The notes beneath the pieces were generated by a model. That model was given only the letters and a program-made list of their open reading frames with translations. It made no database searches and was not told the origin of the DNA. This document shows, piece by piece, positions 35,677 through 43,588 of a DNA stretch of 64,000 bases. Origin of the DNA: Candidatus Micrarchaeota archaeon (GTDB lineage: Archaea; Micrarchaeota; Micrarchaeia; Micrarchaeales; CABMGC01); contig DAHXMA010000011.1 in assembly GCA_027365725.1 (NCBI GenBank), positions 3,591-67,590 on the forward strand, given 5' to 3'. A program made the translations under genes and the position numbers. How positions within the stretch are numbered: position 1 is the first letter of the stretch; each line of letters begins with the position of its first letter.

Positions 35677-36189
35677 TTGGTGGTGGAATTTATTAAAAAG
35701 ACTGGCATAGAAAAAGGGCATGTTCCAGTAAAGGTGCTTTACGTCAATGCCTCCTTTGACAGGGCGAATGAAATTGCAATGGAGAACAAAAGCAGGCTGC
35801 CTACGCTTTCGGAGTTCATAGGCGCGCTGCGGGATTCGCCTGAAATGTACAGGAAAGACAAAGGCAGATGGTGGTACTGGCTAGGTGACGCGCCTGGCCT
35901 TTCAATATTTGGAAAATGCAGGATAAACTATGACGCGTGCAGTATAGAGAAGGTTGCGCCTGAAGTGTACGCAGCGCTGCCAAAGAATGAACGAGCTCAT
36001 GCAATAAGTGGAAATGGGCCTATTGCAATTATAGTATACGGGGATGACTCTGACAAGCTTATTAATGTGATAGCTGATTGCCGGATGGAAGAAACAGCTC
36101 GCGTTTCAGTAATTGACACTGACGCAATTATGGCTGAGAGCCGCTCCGCGCTTGGAAGACTCAAAAGGAGCATCAGAAAGAATTATTGA
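35677..36189 (+). CDS. paralogue 4 (long form, 170 aa) of the same family
   Basis: FDRANEIAMENKSRLPTLSEFIGALRDSPEMYRKDKGRWWYWLGD...GNGPIAIIVYGDDSDKLINVIAD...LGRLKRSIRKNY. The TTG start lies 1 nt after the paralogue 3 stop. Confidence 0.7.
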   Translation: MVVEFIKKTGIEKGHVPVKVLYVNASFDRANEIAMENKSRLPTLSEFIGALRDSPEMYRKDKGRWWYWLGDAPGLSIFGKCRINYDACSIEKVAPEVYAALPKNERAHAISGNGPIAIIVYGDDSDKLINVIADCRMEETARVSVIDTDAIMAESRSALGRLKRSIRKNY

Positions 36190-36207
36190 CCATATATGCC
36201 TAAGTGA

Positions 36208-36723
36208 CTAGTGCAGGAATGATACATAGAACAGGGTTGCCGCAATCGTCTTTGCGTCAGTTATCCGGTTTGACTTTATCATTTCCAGCAAATTCCCAAT
36301 ACTTAGCTCCCTGGTAGTTATTATCTCACCCGGATCTGGGGAGGGCTTGCCCTTCTTAAGCCCGGTTGCAAGAAAAAACGTAAGCAGCTCGGTATCTAGG
36401 CCTGGGGATTTATACGCAGAGAACATGTGGCTTAGCATGCCTGCGCGGTAGCCCGTTTCCTCTTTCAGCTCCCGCATAGCTGCGCTCTCCATCCGCTCTC
36501 CCTTTTCCGCATGGCCGGCAGGTATTTCGTATACGTATTTTCTTATTGCGGGCCTATACTGCCTTTCGATGACTATTTTCCCTGAAGCTGTTATTGGCAG
36601 TATTGCAACGGAATCCGGTTCCACTATCCTGTAGAAATGCTTTTCGGGACCGCGCTTGCTGAAATCGAACCTCTCAAGTAGGAACATGCCTGTATCGAAT
36701 ATCGTCTCTGGCACTGCTTTCAC
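36208..36723 (-). CDS. NUDIX hydrolase (ADP-ribose pyrophosphatase-like)
   Basis: Nudix box GHAEKGERMESAAMRELKEETGY. Confidence 0.8.
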   Translation of the reverse strand: MKAVPETIFDTGMFLLERFDFSKRGPEKHFYRIVEPDSVAILPITASGKIVIERQYRPAIRKYVYEIPAGHAEKGERMESAAMRELKEETGYRAGMLSHMFSAYKSPGLDTELLTFFLATGLKKGKPSPDPGEIITTRELSIGNLLEMIKSNRITDAKTIAATLFYVSFLH

Positions 36724-37409
36724 TTCTTGTTCTGCTGCTGCTCCTTTCCAAGCGTGTACATCTCCGAAGACAGCTTGAACCTTGATACGCTGTGTGTGAG
36801 AAGCCGCCCATTTCCCTCAAACTTCGCCAGGAAGAGGCCGACACCTCCGAACATCGCAGTGCGTATGTTGTCAACGAACCTGACCTTGTACTTTAGATTG
36901 GAGTCGAATCCTGCAACATGGCCGGGCTCTATCTCTACCGGCTCCTGATCTGATACTGTATGCATTATCACGTCTCCGACCACATGCACAAATACGTTGC
37001 CAGGACCGACTAGCTCCTGCAGGTAAAACCCGGATCCGGCGAACACCGCGGCTCCGAGGTTCATCATCTGTATCGTATATTTCACTGTCGAATCCGCAGC
37101 TAGGAACGAATAGCGCTCTATTGTGAAGCGCTCGCCCGCGCCCAATGTTAGCTGGAATACCTTGCCGGGGAAGACACCTGCCACTGAAACGATTCCTTCC
37201 CCGTCCTTTGGAGTGAATTCGGTGAGCATCGCAGTTGCGCCTGTGGCCTTTCGCTCCAGGGCGCTTATTATCCCGCCTACAAGCTTAGGTGTCATGACTA
37301 TGTTCTGGGACTTGCTTACAAGCATGCCCGAATCCGCATATATCTTCTCTCCCTGCTGAAGGGTTACCTTAAGATGCTGCATGTCCGATCCTATTATCTC
37401 GTATTTCAT
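36720..37409 (-). CDS. AIM24/DUF124 (TIGR00266) family protein
   Basis: MKYEIIGSDMQHLKVTLQQGEKIYADSGMLV... and ...GFYLQELVGPGNVFV... fit the AIM24 family pattern. There are 4-nt overlaps with both neighbours. Confidence 0.7.
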   Translation of the reverse strand: MKYEIIGSDMQHLKVTLQQGEKIYADSGMLVSKSQNIVMTPKLVGGIISALERKATGATAMLTEFTPKDGEGIVSVAGVFPGKVFQLTLGAGERFTIERYSFLAADSTVKYTIQMMNLGAAVFAGSGFYLQELVGPGNVFVHVVGDVIMHTVSDQEPVEIEPGHVAGFDSNLKYKVRFVDNIRTAMFGGVGLFLAKFEGNGRLLTHSVSRFKLSSEMYTLGKEQQQNKK

Positions 37410-39280
37410 TTTCCAACACCTATTATAGCGCTTAGCTCGTCTCCGTCCACGTTAAGTCTGTGCTTTGACATTATCTCCTTTATTATATCCTTTCCGCCTG
37501 ACGATTCAATAGATTTCACTTCCCTGATAAGCTGCTCTTTTGTCATTTTGGCAAGAGAATGCTCTTTTATTATCAGGTCTACTGCGTCGGGTGATTTTGG
37601 GGACAGCCGCAGTATCTCGCCTATTGCTGCCTTTGTTATCTTGCCTGATGCGTATTTATTGAATATTTCAACAAGGACACCCCTGTCGGTTTCTGTAGCG
37701 GCGCCGGAGCGCTCAAGCTCTTTCATCTTCTCGAGCAAGGTTGTTGCAACAACAAGGTTAACGCCCTTGACCTTTGATGTGATGTATTCATATAGCTGCA
37801 GCTTTGGCGACATTGCCATCTGGCCGGCTATCTGCCTGTTGTTGATATCAGAATTGAGACGCTCGATGCGTTCTGATGGATATACTGTCTGCTTTTTTAT
37901 GCTTTCGTAGTATTCCCTGCTTACTCCGATCGGAGTTGAGTCTGTCTCAGGATACATCCTTGAGCCGCCTGGAAGAGGGCGCATGAACCTGGTCGTGCCA
38001 AGTTTTGTGTCTGCAACGGATCTTGTTTCTGGCGGCACTTCGGAAAGCGACATTCTGGCCCTTGACAGAGCAAATTCGATCGCTGCGCTGCACGCGGCCT
38101 TTTCAGCGACTATTATTATGAATGCGTCGCTGCTTAAAGCGCCAATGGCATTATTTATCTCAAGTCGCAGGCTCTCGCCTATCCCATACTTTGACAGGTC
38201 CTCGTCGCTGTGTATTATTCCGTTGACCCCTGCCATCTTTGCATAGTCGCTTATTTCGCTTCCAAGCCTGCGCCCTGGATTTATCTCCTCCCCAAGCAGG
38301 CCTGAGAATCCGCCAAGAAGCGCGGCAAGGGCTATCCCGCCAGAGGACAGTGCGCCTGAGATTACCTTGCCTGATGCCTTTGAGAGCAGGCTGGTGACAT
38401 CCTTTGGCATGCGGGAGACCTCTGCGCCACGGGATTTGAGCTTTTTTTGTATTTCTATGAGCCTTCTCTGGCGCTCGACCTCGTTCTCTATGAAAAGATC
38501 CATCAGCTCGACTTCCTGCAGCCCTTTTATCTCAACGCGCGTGCCGCCAGAAATTGAAACGTTTACATCCTGCCTTATTGTGCCTATGCCACGCATTGCG
38601 CCGCCGGATATCCCGTGTTCGCCTTTCTTCCCAGTCAGCCGCAGCGCAGATCCTATTGCAAGAGCGACTGCCTTTGCCTCTTCAGGGGTTGATATCGAAG
38701 GCGCGGTGTCTATCTCTATCAGCGGAACGCCTATGCGGTCTATGCTGTAAAACACAGTATTGCCTTCTGTGCGTTCTATCCCGCTTGATTCCTCTTCAAG
38801 GAATATTGATGTTATTGGTATGCGCGAATTTCCCGCACTTATTTCGCCGCCGTAGGCGACCATCATGCTCCTTTGGAACGCACTTGGGTCGCTGCCATCT
38901 ACCACTTCCTTGCGCATTGGTTCTATCTCGTCAGGCACAGAAGCCCCGAAAGCGGATGCAAACATTAAAGCAGTTTCTACAGCTTCGCGATTTACCTCGT
39001 GGGGCGGCTCTTCATCTATGTCCACCAGGCATGATGACATGTTGAAAACGCTGTATACAAACTTCCTGCCCCTGCTGCTCTCAAAGCTTGTCGACCTGTC
39101 AATGCGCCCCATCTCACCTGCAACGGCCCTCTGCCTGCGCTCCACCCTTGCTATTACCAGGTCTCCTTGCGCATTGGTGCTGCATTTGCAAAATAGCTTT
39201 TCTGCTGTTGCAAGGCGCTGGTGTATTTCTAGCCCGCACTTGAAACCTAGTTTCGAATAGTATTCCTTGTCGTGCATCAT
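37406..39280 (-). CDS. gatE: Glu-tRNA(Gln) amidotransferase subunit E
   Basis: N-terminus YSKLGFKCGLEIHQRLAT..KLFC, about 624 aa, directly downstream of gatD. Confidence 0.9.
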   Translation of the reverse strand: MMHDKEYYSKLGFKCGLEIHQRLATAEKLFCKCSTNAQGDLVIARVERRQRAVAGEMGRIDRSTSFESSRGRKFVYSVFNMSSCLVDIDEEPPHEVNREAVETALMFASAFGASVPDEIEPMRKEVVDGSDPSAFQRSMMVAYGGEISAGNSRIPITSIFLEEESSGIERTEGNTVFYSIDRIGVPLIEIDTAPSISTPEEAKAVALAIGSALRLTGKKGEHGISGGAMRGIGTIRQDVNVSISGGTRVEIKGLQEVELMDLFIENEVERQRRLIEIQKKLKSRGAEVSRMPKDVTSLLSKASGKVISGALSSGGIALAALLGGFSGLLGEEINPGRRLGSEISDYAKMAGVNGIIHSDEDLSKYGIGESLRLEINNAIGALSSDAFIIIVAEKAACSAAIEFALSRARMSLSEVPPETRSVADTKLGTTRFMRPLPGGSRMYPETDSTPIGVSREYYESIKKQTVYPSERIERLNSDINNRQIAGQMAMSPKLQLYEYITSKVKGVNLVVATTLLEKMKELERSGAATETDRGVLVEIFNKYASGKITKAAIGEILRLSPKSPDAVDLIIKEHSLAKMTKEQLIREVKSIESSGGKDIIKEIMSKHRLNVDGDELSAIIGVGK

Positions 39281-39281
39281 A

Positions 39282-40628
39282 TTACCCTACAGGGAAATCG
39301 AATTCGGTTCGTGCGGTTATCTCGCCTGCGATATTTGTTGTGAGCATCTTTGCCGCCCCTTCCATGCCGTAGTTTCCTATCAGGAATCCGAGCTTGACAT
39401 ATGCAACCTCTGGAAGCATGTCCTCGCAGTGTACAGCTCCGGCATCGCTGAGCAGCCTCAGGTTCCTATACACGCTCTTATTTGCCCTTCCGTAAAGGCA
39501 TTGGGATGTTATTCCCACCACAACACCAGAATCTACTGCCGCCTTTACCCCGCCAATCCATGACAGCCCTGCTATGCTTGGGGCGCTTGGGACATGGCCA
39601 AGCCCCGTGCCCTCTATTATAATTCCCTTGTAGCCCTTATTCACGTAGTAGTCGATAATGGCCGGGTCGGAGTTGGGATACGCCTTAAGCAGTGCCACTT
39701 TTGGCTCGAACCCGGTTATCGCTGATACCCTGTCCTTAGGCTTGTCTAAGGCGTGGCGATATTCGCTTATGTACTCTATCATCCCGTGCTCGTCTATTGT
39801 GCATATTGGGTGGTTGTTTACAGGCTTAAATGCATCCCTGCGCGACGTATGCATCTTTCTTGCCTTCGTGCCGCGTATCAGGTTGTTCTTGTCGTCAGAG
39901 CTGCTGCTGTGCATGCATATTGACACTTCTGCCACATCAGAGCGGGTTGCCGCTATGCATGAACATATGAGATTATAGAAGGCATCGCTTGATCCCCTGT
40001 CGCTGCTTCGCTGCGAGCCTGTTATCACAACCGGTGAGTTTAATCCCTTTAGCATGAATGAGAGCGCGGCTGAAGTGTAGTGCATTGTGTCTGTTCCGTG
40101 GGTTATGACAACCCCGCGGGCGCCGCCATTAAGCGCCTTGGCCGTTTCTTCTGCGATCTTTGCCCATTCGATGTATGTCATGTCTTCGCTGGCTATGCTC
40201 ATCAGGTTGCTTATATTTACGTTGGCTATTCCGCCAAGTTCTGGGACTTCGTGAAGCAGTTCCTCTGGCTTGGTAAGCATGTACACCCCGCCAGTAGAAT
40301 AGTCGACCTTGCTGCCTATGGTGCCGCCAGTGTATATCATGCTTATTTTTGGGAGGCCTGGGCCCTGCGCCACTCCGGAAGAGGGGAATGAGAACTCCGG
40401 CTTTCCGGAAGCAGTTTTCTCTATCCTCATTCCGGCCCTGTATCTGATTCCTATATTGTACCCGTCCTTGCGCTTTATTATTAGTATGCTGCTGTCACCT
40501 GCGCCAGACCTTGGCATGAGTATCCCCTCCTGAAAGTCACTACCTAAGGCTACAGATATGCTGTCGCCAACATTTATGCCGAGCTTTGACAGAATGCCCT
40601 GTACCTCTGCCGAATACATGAATAACAT
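39282..40628 (-). CDS. gatD: Glu-tRNA(Gln) amidotransferase subunit D (asparaginase-like)
   Basis: Asparaginase motifs TGGTIGS, VITHGTDTM and IIEGTGLGHV. About 448 aa. Confidence 0.9.
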   Translation of the reverse strand: MLFMYSAEVQGILSKLGINVGDSISVALGSDFQEGILMPRSGAGDSSILIIKRKDGYNIGIRYRAGMRIEKTASGKPEFSFPSSGVAQGPGLPKISMIYTGGTIGSKVDYSTGGVYMLTKPEELLHEVPELGGIANVNISNLMSIASEDMTYIEWAKIAEETAKALNGGARGVVITHGTDTMHYTSAALSFMLKGLNSPVVITGSQRSSDRGSSDAFYNLICSCIAATRSDVAEVSICMHSSSSDDKNNLIRGTKARKMHTSRRDAFKPVNNHPICTIDEHGMIEYISEYRHALDKPKDRVSAITGFEPKVALLKAYPNSDPAIIDYYVNKGYKGIIIEGTGLGHVPSAPSIAGLSWIGGVKAAVDSGVVVGITSQCLYGRANKSVYRNLRLLSDAGAVHCEDMLPEVAYVKLGFLIGNYGMEGAAKMLTTNIAGEITARTEFDFPVG

Positions 40629-40667
40629 TAAGCCTTTGTTAAATTTAAACCCTTTTGTTGGCGCTAA

Positions 40668-41756
40668 TTACTGCCGCTTTATTTCGTACCTTCTTCCTCT
40701 CCATGAGATATGCCTCATGCGGCTGGCATATACAAGGTTTGCAAGGTAAAAGAAGGGCATCAACACCACTATCAGGGCTATGGCAGGATCCGCGCTTTCG
40801 GCACGAATGTAGGTCTTTGCCTCGCTCTTTAAAAAGTGCAGAAGCAGTATAATGAATGCAGGCGACACCGCAGCAGCAAGCGCTATTCCTGAAATGAAGA
40901 GCGTTATTTCGCCTAGGTAAAAGGCTATTCCGTAATAAAATGCCTTGCGATAACCGAGCAGCGTGAGGGCGGTCTGCCTGTTTGACCATTCAATAAGCAT
41001 CGGTAGGTTTTCATATGAATATACGGATGGCTGTATGCCCTTTACGTATGCTATCCCAAGGCCCGCAGACTTGGCAGCCTTTGTTATGGATATATCATCT
41101 GACACAGAATACCGGGAAGATTTGAGGAACGCTAAGGCTTGGCCGGATAGCAGGCTTCTCCTGAACGCCATTGACCCGCCCCATCCAAACCGTGTACCCT
41201 CATTCTCCATCAGGCCTTCCCCTACGAATCCCCATACCAGCTTGACCTTTGACCAGAAGCCTCTGCGTGGAACGAACTTAGGAAATGTGGTTGAAAGACC
41301 TATTGAGCCAATTGATAGTGGAGCTATGAGGCCGGAAAGCCAGTTTGGGCCAACGCGTATGTCAGAGTCGGCTATGACATATGCGCCGTAGCGCGGGTAT
41401 TTTTTTATAGCAAATAGTATTGCAGCTACCTTGCCGCTGCGGCTCGACTTCCTGTAGTTGGAGGAAATGCACTCTATTCCTGCAGATCTTATGTGCTTGG
41501 CAGCAGGATCCGAGGCGCTGTCCACAACTGCTACCACTTTGTACTGTCCATACGACTGGTGTGCTATGGAACGCAGGTTCTCCTCCAGATGCGGGTCGAT
41601 GCCCTTGCAAGGCACTATTACCAGCGCTGCTGGCTTATACCGGTTTGCTCGCGCAGGCTTTTCCCTGCGCCTTGTTAGCTGCGAGGCGTCGAGTGCAAGC
41701 ATGCCGATAAATACCAATACGGCAAAGGCTTCGTATGCATAAAGCAATGCGCCCAC
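40668..41756 (-). CDS. membrane-bound GT2/GT21-like glycosyltransferase (ceramide-glucosyltransferase/HpnI-like layout)
   Basis: N-terminal TM, VIVPCKGIDPHLEENLRSIAHQSY, a DxD-like IADSD motif, and C-terminal TM helices. Confidence 0.65.
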   Translation of the reverse strand: MGALLYAYEAFAVLVFIGMLALDASQLTRRREKPARANRYKPAALVIVPCKGIDPHLEENLRSIAHQSYGQYKVVAVVDSASDPAAKHIRSAGIECISSNYRKSSRSGKVAAILFAIKKYPRYGAYVIADSDIRVGPNWLSGLIAPLSIGSIGLSTTFPKFVPRRGFWSKVKLVWGFVGEGLMENEGTRFGWGGSMAFRRSLLSGQALAFLKSSRYSVSDDISITKAAKSAGLGIAYVKGIQPSVYSYENLPMLIEWSNRQTALTLLGYRKAFYYGIAFYLGEITLFISGIALAAAVSPAFIILLLHFLKSEAKTYIRAESADPAIALIVVLMPFFYLANLVYASRMRHISWRGRRYEIKRQ

Positions 41757-41821
41757 CTAAATCCCAATCTAAGATTGGGCGAGAGATTTAATAGCGTTTC
41801 TAGGCTAATAGATTCTGCTGT

Positions 41822-41907
41822 GCGGGGATGGCGGAGCTTGGCCAAACGCGATAGGTTCAGGGCTTATTTCCTTTGTGGATGCGAGAGTTCAAATCTCTCT
41901 CCCCGCA
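41822..41907 (+). tRNA. tRNA-Leu (CAG), long variable arm
   Basis: Acceptor GCGGGGA/TCCCCGC, anticodon arm ATAGG-TTCAGGG-CTTAT, a variable arm of about 15 nt, T arm GAGAG-TTCAAAT-CTCTC, discriminator A. No CCA. Confidence 0.85.
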
Positions 41908-42107
41908 TTTTCTATGAACGGCAAAATCTGCTTGGGATGGGGCGCTATGCTAAAATCATTTGGAGGTATCCGGAAGGCTGCTGCACATCTCACACGCAGA
42001 AGGCCGTTATGAGCTGGCCAGGCCGGGATCTGAGCTGCGGCATGCGGTTTGCATGGCCGGCAGCTGCAGCGCTCCGAAAGAGTTAAAATGTTTAACAAAG
42101 ATAGGGT

Positions 42108-42404
42108 ATGGTGAATTTGATGCCTGAAAAACAAAGCGCATCCAGAGTTGTTGTTGTAGACCCAAAGCTTCTTATGGAGCGCATGCTGCGTTACCGCGAG
42201 AGCCACAGGGGATGGCACATATTCAGGACAATGTACTGGAGCATATATTTCATTGTTATAGGGGCGCTGCTCATATACTACAATGTCATAGGGTTCTCGG
42301 TGACTGTGTTCCTTGGATCCGCTTTTATAATATTTGCCGTAATGCTTATATTGTACGGGCTTACTGAAGCACTGCACCACAAGTTCATGAAAAAATACGG
42401 CTGA
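42108..42404 (+). CDS. small 2-TM membrane protein
   Basis: WSIYFIVIGALLIYYNVIGFSVTVFLGSAFIIFAVMLILYGL. The opposite-strand 176-aa ORF looks non-coding. The start is uncertain (42108, 42120 or 42174). Confidence 0.45.
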   Translation: MVNLMPEKQSASRVVVVDPKLLMERMLRYRESHRGWHIFRTMYWSIYFIVIGALLIYYNVIGFSVTVFLGSAFIIFAVMLILYGLTEALHHKFMKKYG

Positions 42405-42421
42405 TGCTGCCTTAAGCACCG

Positions 42422-43588
42422 ATGATGCCCATGGAATTATCCATTCCGAATATATATGCCCATAAGAACCTGAAGCTGCTTATAGCTGTGCCGCTGATCC
42501 TTATGGTACTGGGCATATATTTTTCAAGCGGAATAATACTGGATTCCACACTTAGCGGAGGGGTTAGCCTCACGCTTCAGGCAAACACCACGATGACTCC
42601 GGCGCAAATAGCCTCTGCCATGTCAAGCAGGTATGGAATTGCAGGTACCTCGGTGCAGGTCAGCCAGGGGCAGGTGCTGATAACGGTTCCAGAAAACAAG
42701 AGCCTTTCTGAAGCGGAAGGATACCTACTGCAGATATACCAATACCACTCAAACTATACGCAGGACGTGGTGAACGCCACCGCATACGGGTTTGCACTTT
42801 CAAAGAGCCCGTCTAACAAGACCATACAAGGGCTTTACAGCCAGGCTGCAATCGGAGAGAATGATTCCCTGATACAGATAAGGAAGTACCTTGCGCTTGA
42901 AATTCAGTCTCTGCATCCGTTCGTGGGCAATGCCGCAGGCAACATGACAAGCGCAGATTCAATGCTTGCCTCGGCCCAAGGGCTTTATTCCAATGCAAGC
43001 AATGCGTACAAAAGCACTCTGCTTGCAGATGTAGCTTCGATAGTGCCGTTCAAATCGTACTCGTACCAGGAGATTACTGTGCTGCAGAGCTCCTACTTCC
43101 TTTCCCAGCTGCAGACAATAATAATAGTCGCATTCGTGATGATATCCATAGTAGTATTCATAATATTCCGCTCGCCGGTGCCCTCCTTTGCGGTCGTATT
43201 CGGAGCTGCAAATGACATAATAGTGGCGCTTGGGGCAATGGCCATATTGAAGATACCGCTTGGGATAGCAAGCATTGGCGGGCTCCTGATGCTGCTCGGA
43301 TACTCCATAGACACTGACGTGCTCACTGCAATAAGGATACTAAAGAGGCATGAGGGAACGCCTGAGGAAAGAGCCTACGGATCGATGAAGACGGGTATGA
43401 CTATGACCCTTACTGCAATAGTGTCTTTTGCTGTGCTATTTGCAATATCGTATGTAGAATACGTGCCTACATATTATGAGATTGCAGGCGTTGTGCTTTT
43501 CGGCCTGATCGGAGACCTAGCAACTACGTGGCTTGGCAATGCATCAATAATACTGTGGTATGTGAACAGGAAGAATAGGGGGAACTGA
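42422..43588 (+). CDS. secF: protein-export membrane protein SecF (archaeal)
   Basis: C-terminal 6-TM domain with GYSIDTDVLTAIRILKR (SecF-type motif). Immediately upstream of and overlapping secD. Confidence 0.75.
   Translation: MMPMELSIPNIYAHKNLKLLIAVPLILMVLGIYFSSGIILDSTLSGGVSLTLQANTTMTPAQIASAMSSRYGIAGTSVQVSQGQVLITVPENKSLSEAEGYLLQIYQYHSNYTQDVVNATAYGFALSKSPSNKTIQGLYSQAAIGENDSLIQIRKYLALEIQSLHPFVGNAAGNMTSADSMLASAQGLYSNASNAYKSTLLADVASIVPFKSYSYQEITVLQSSYFLSQLQTIIIVAFVMISIVVFIIFRSPVPSFAVVFGAANDIIVALGAMAILKIPLGIASIGGLLMLLGYSIDTDVLTAIRILKRHEGTPEERAYGSMKTGMTMTLTAIVSFAVLFAISYVEYVPTYYEIAGVVLFGLIGDLATTWLGNASIILWYVNRKNRGN

Noticed and set aside
34025-36189. Idea that the C-type-lectin-like paralogues are diversity-generating retroelement (DGR) targets
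   Set aside because: There is no reverse transcriptase ORF in the window, and no near-identical template/variable repeat pair was noticed by eye. The conserved C-termini are basic helices, not CLec-type VR ends.
37374-39260. Several plus-strand ORFs of 87-178 aa
   Set aside because: All are antisense to gatE.
41966-41981. UCCGGAAGG string identical to the SRP RNA helix-8 tetraloop region
   Set aside because: It lies only about 60 nt after a tRNA, so there is no room for the 5' half of an SRP RNA. The 3' side lacks the conserved AGCA partner. Treated as a generic GNRA hairpin.
41775-42419. 103-aa plus ORF (41775-42086) and 176-aa minus ORF (41889-42419)
   Set aside because: The first runs through tRNA-Leu. 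The second overlaps the more plausible 2-TM plus-strand ORF and has non-coding-like composition.
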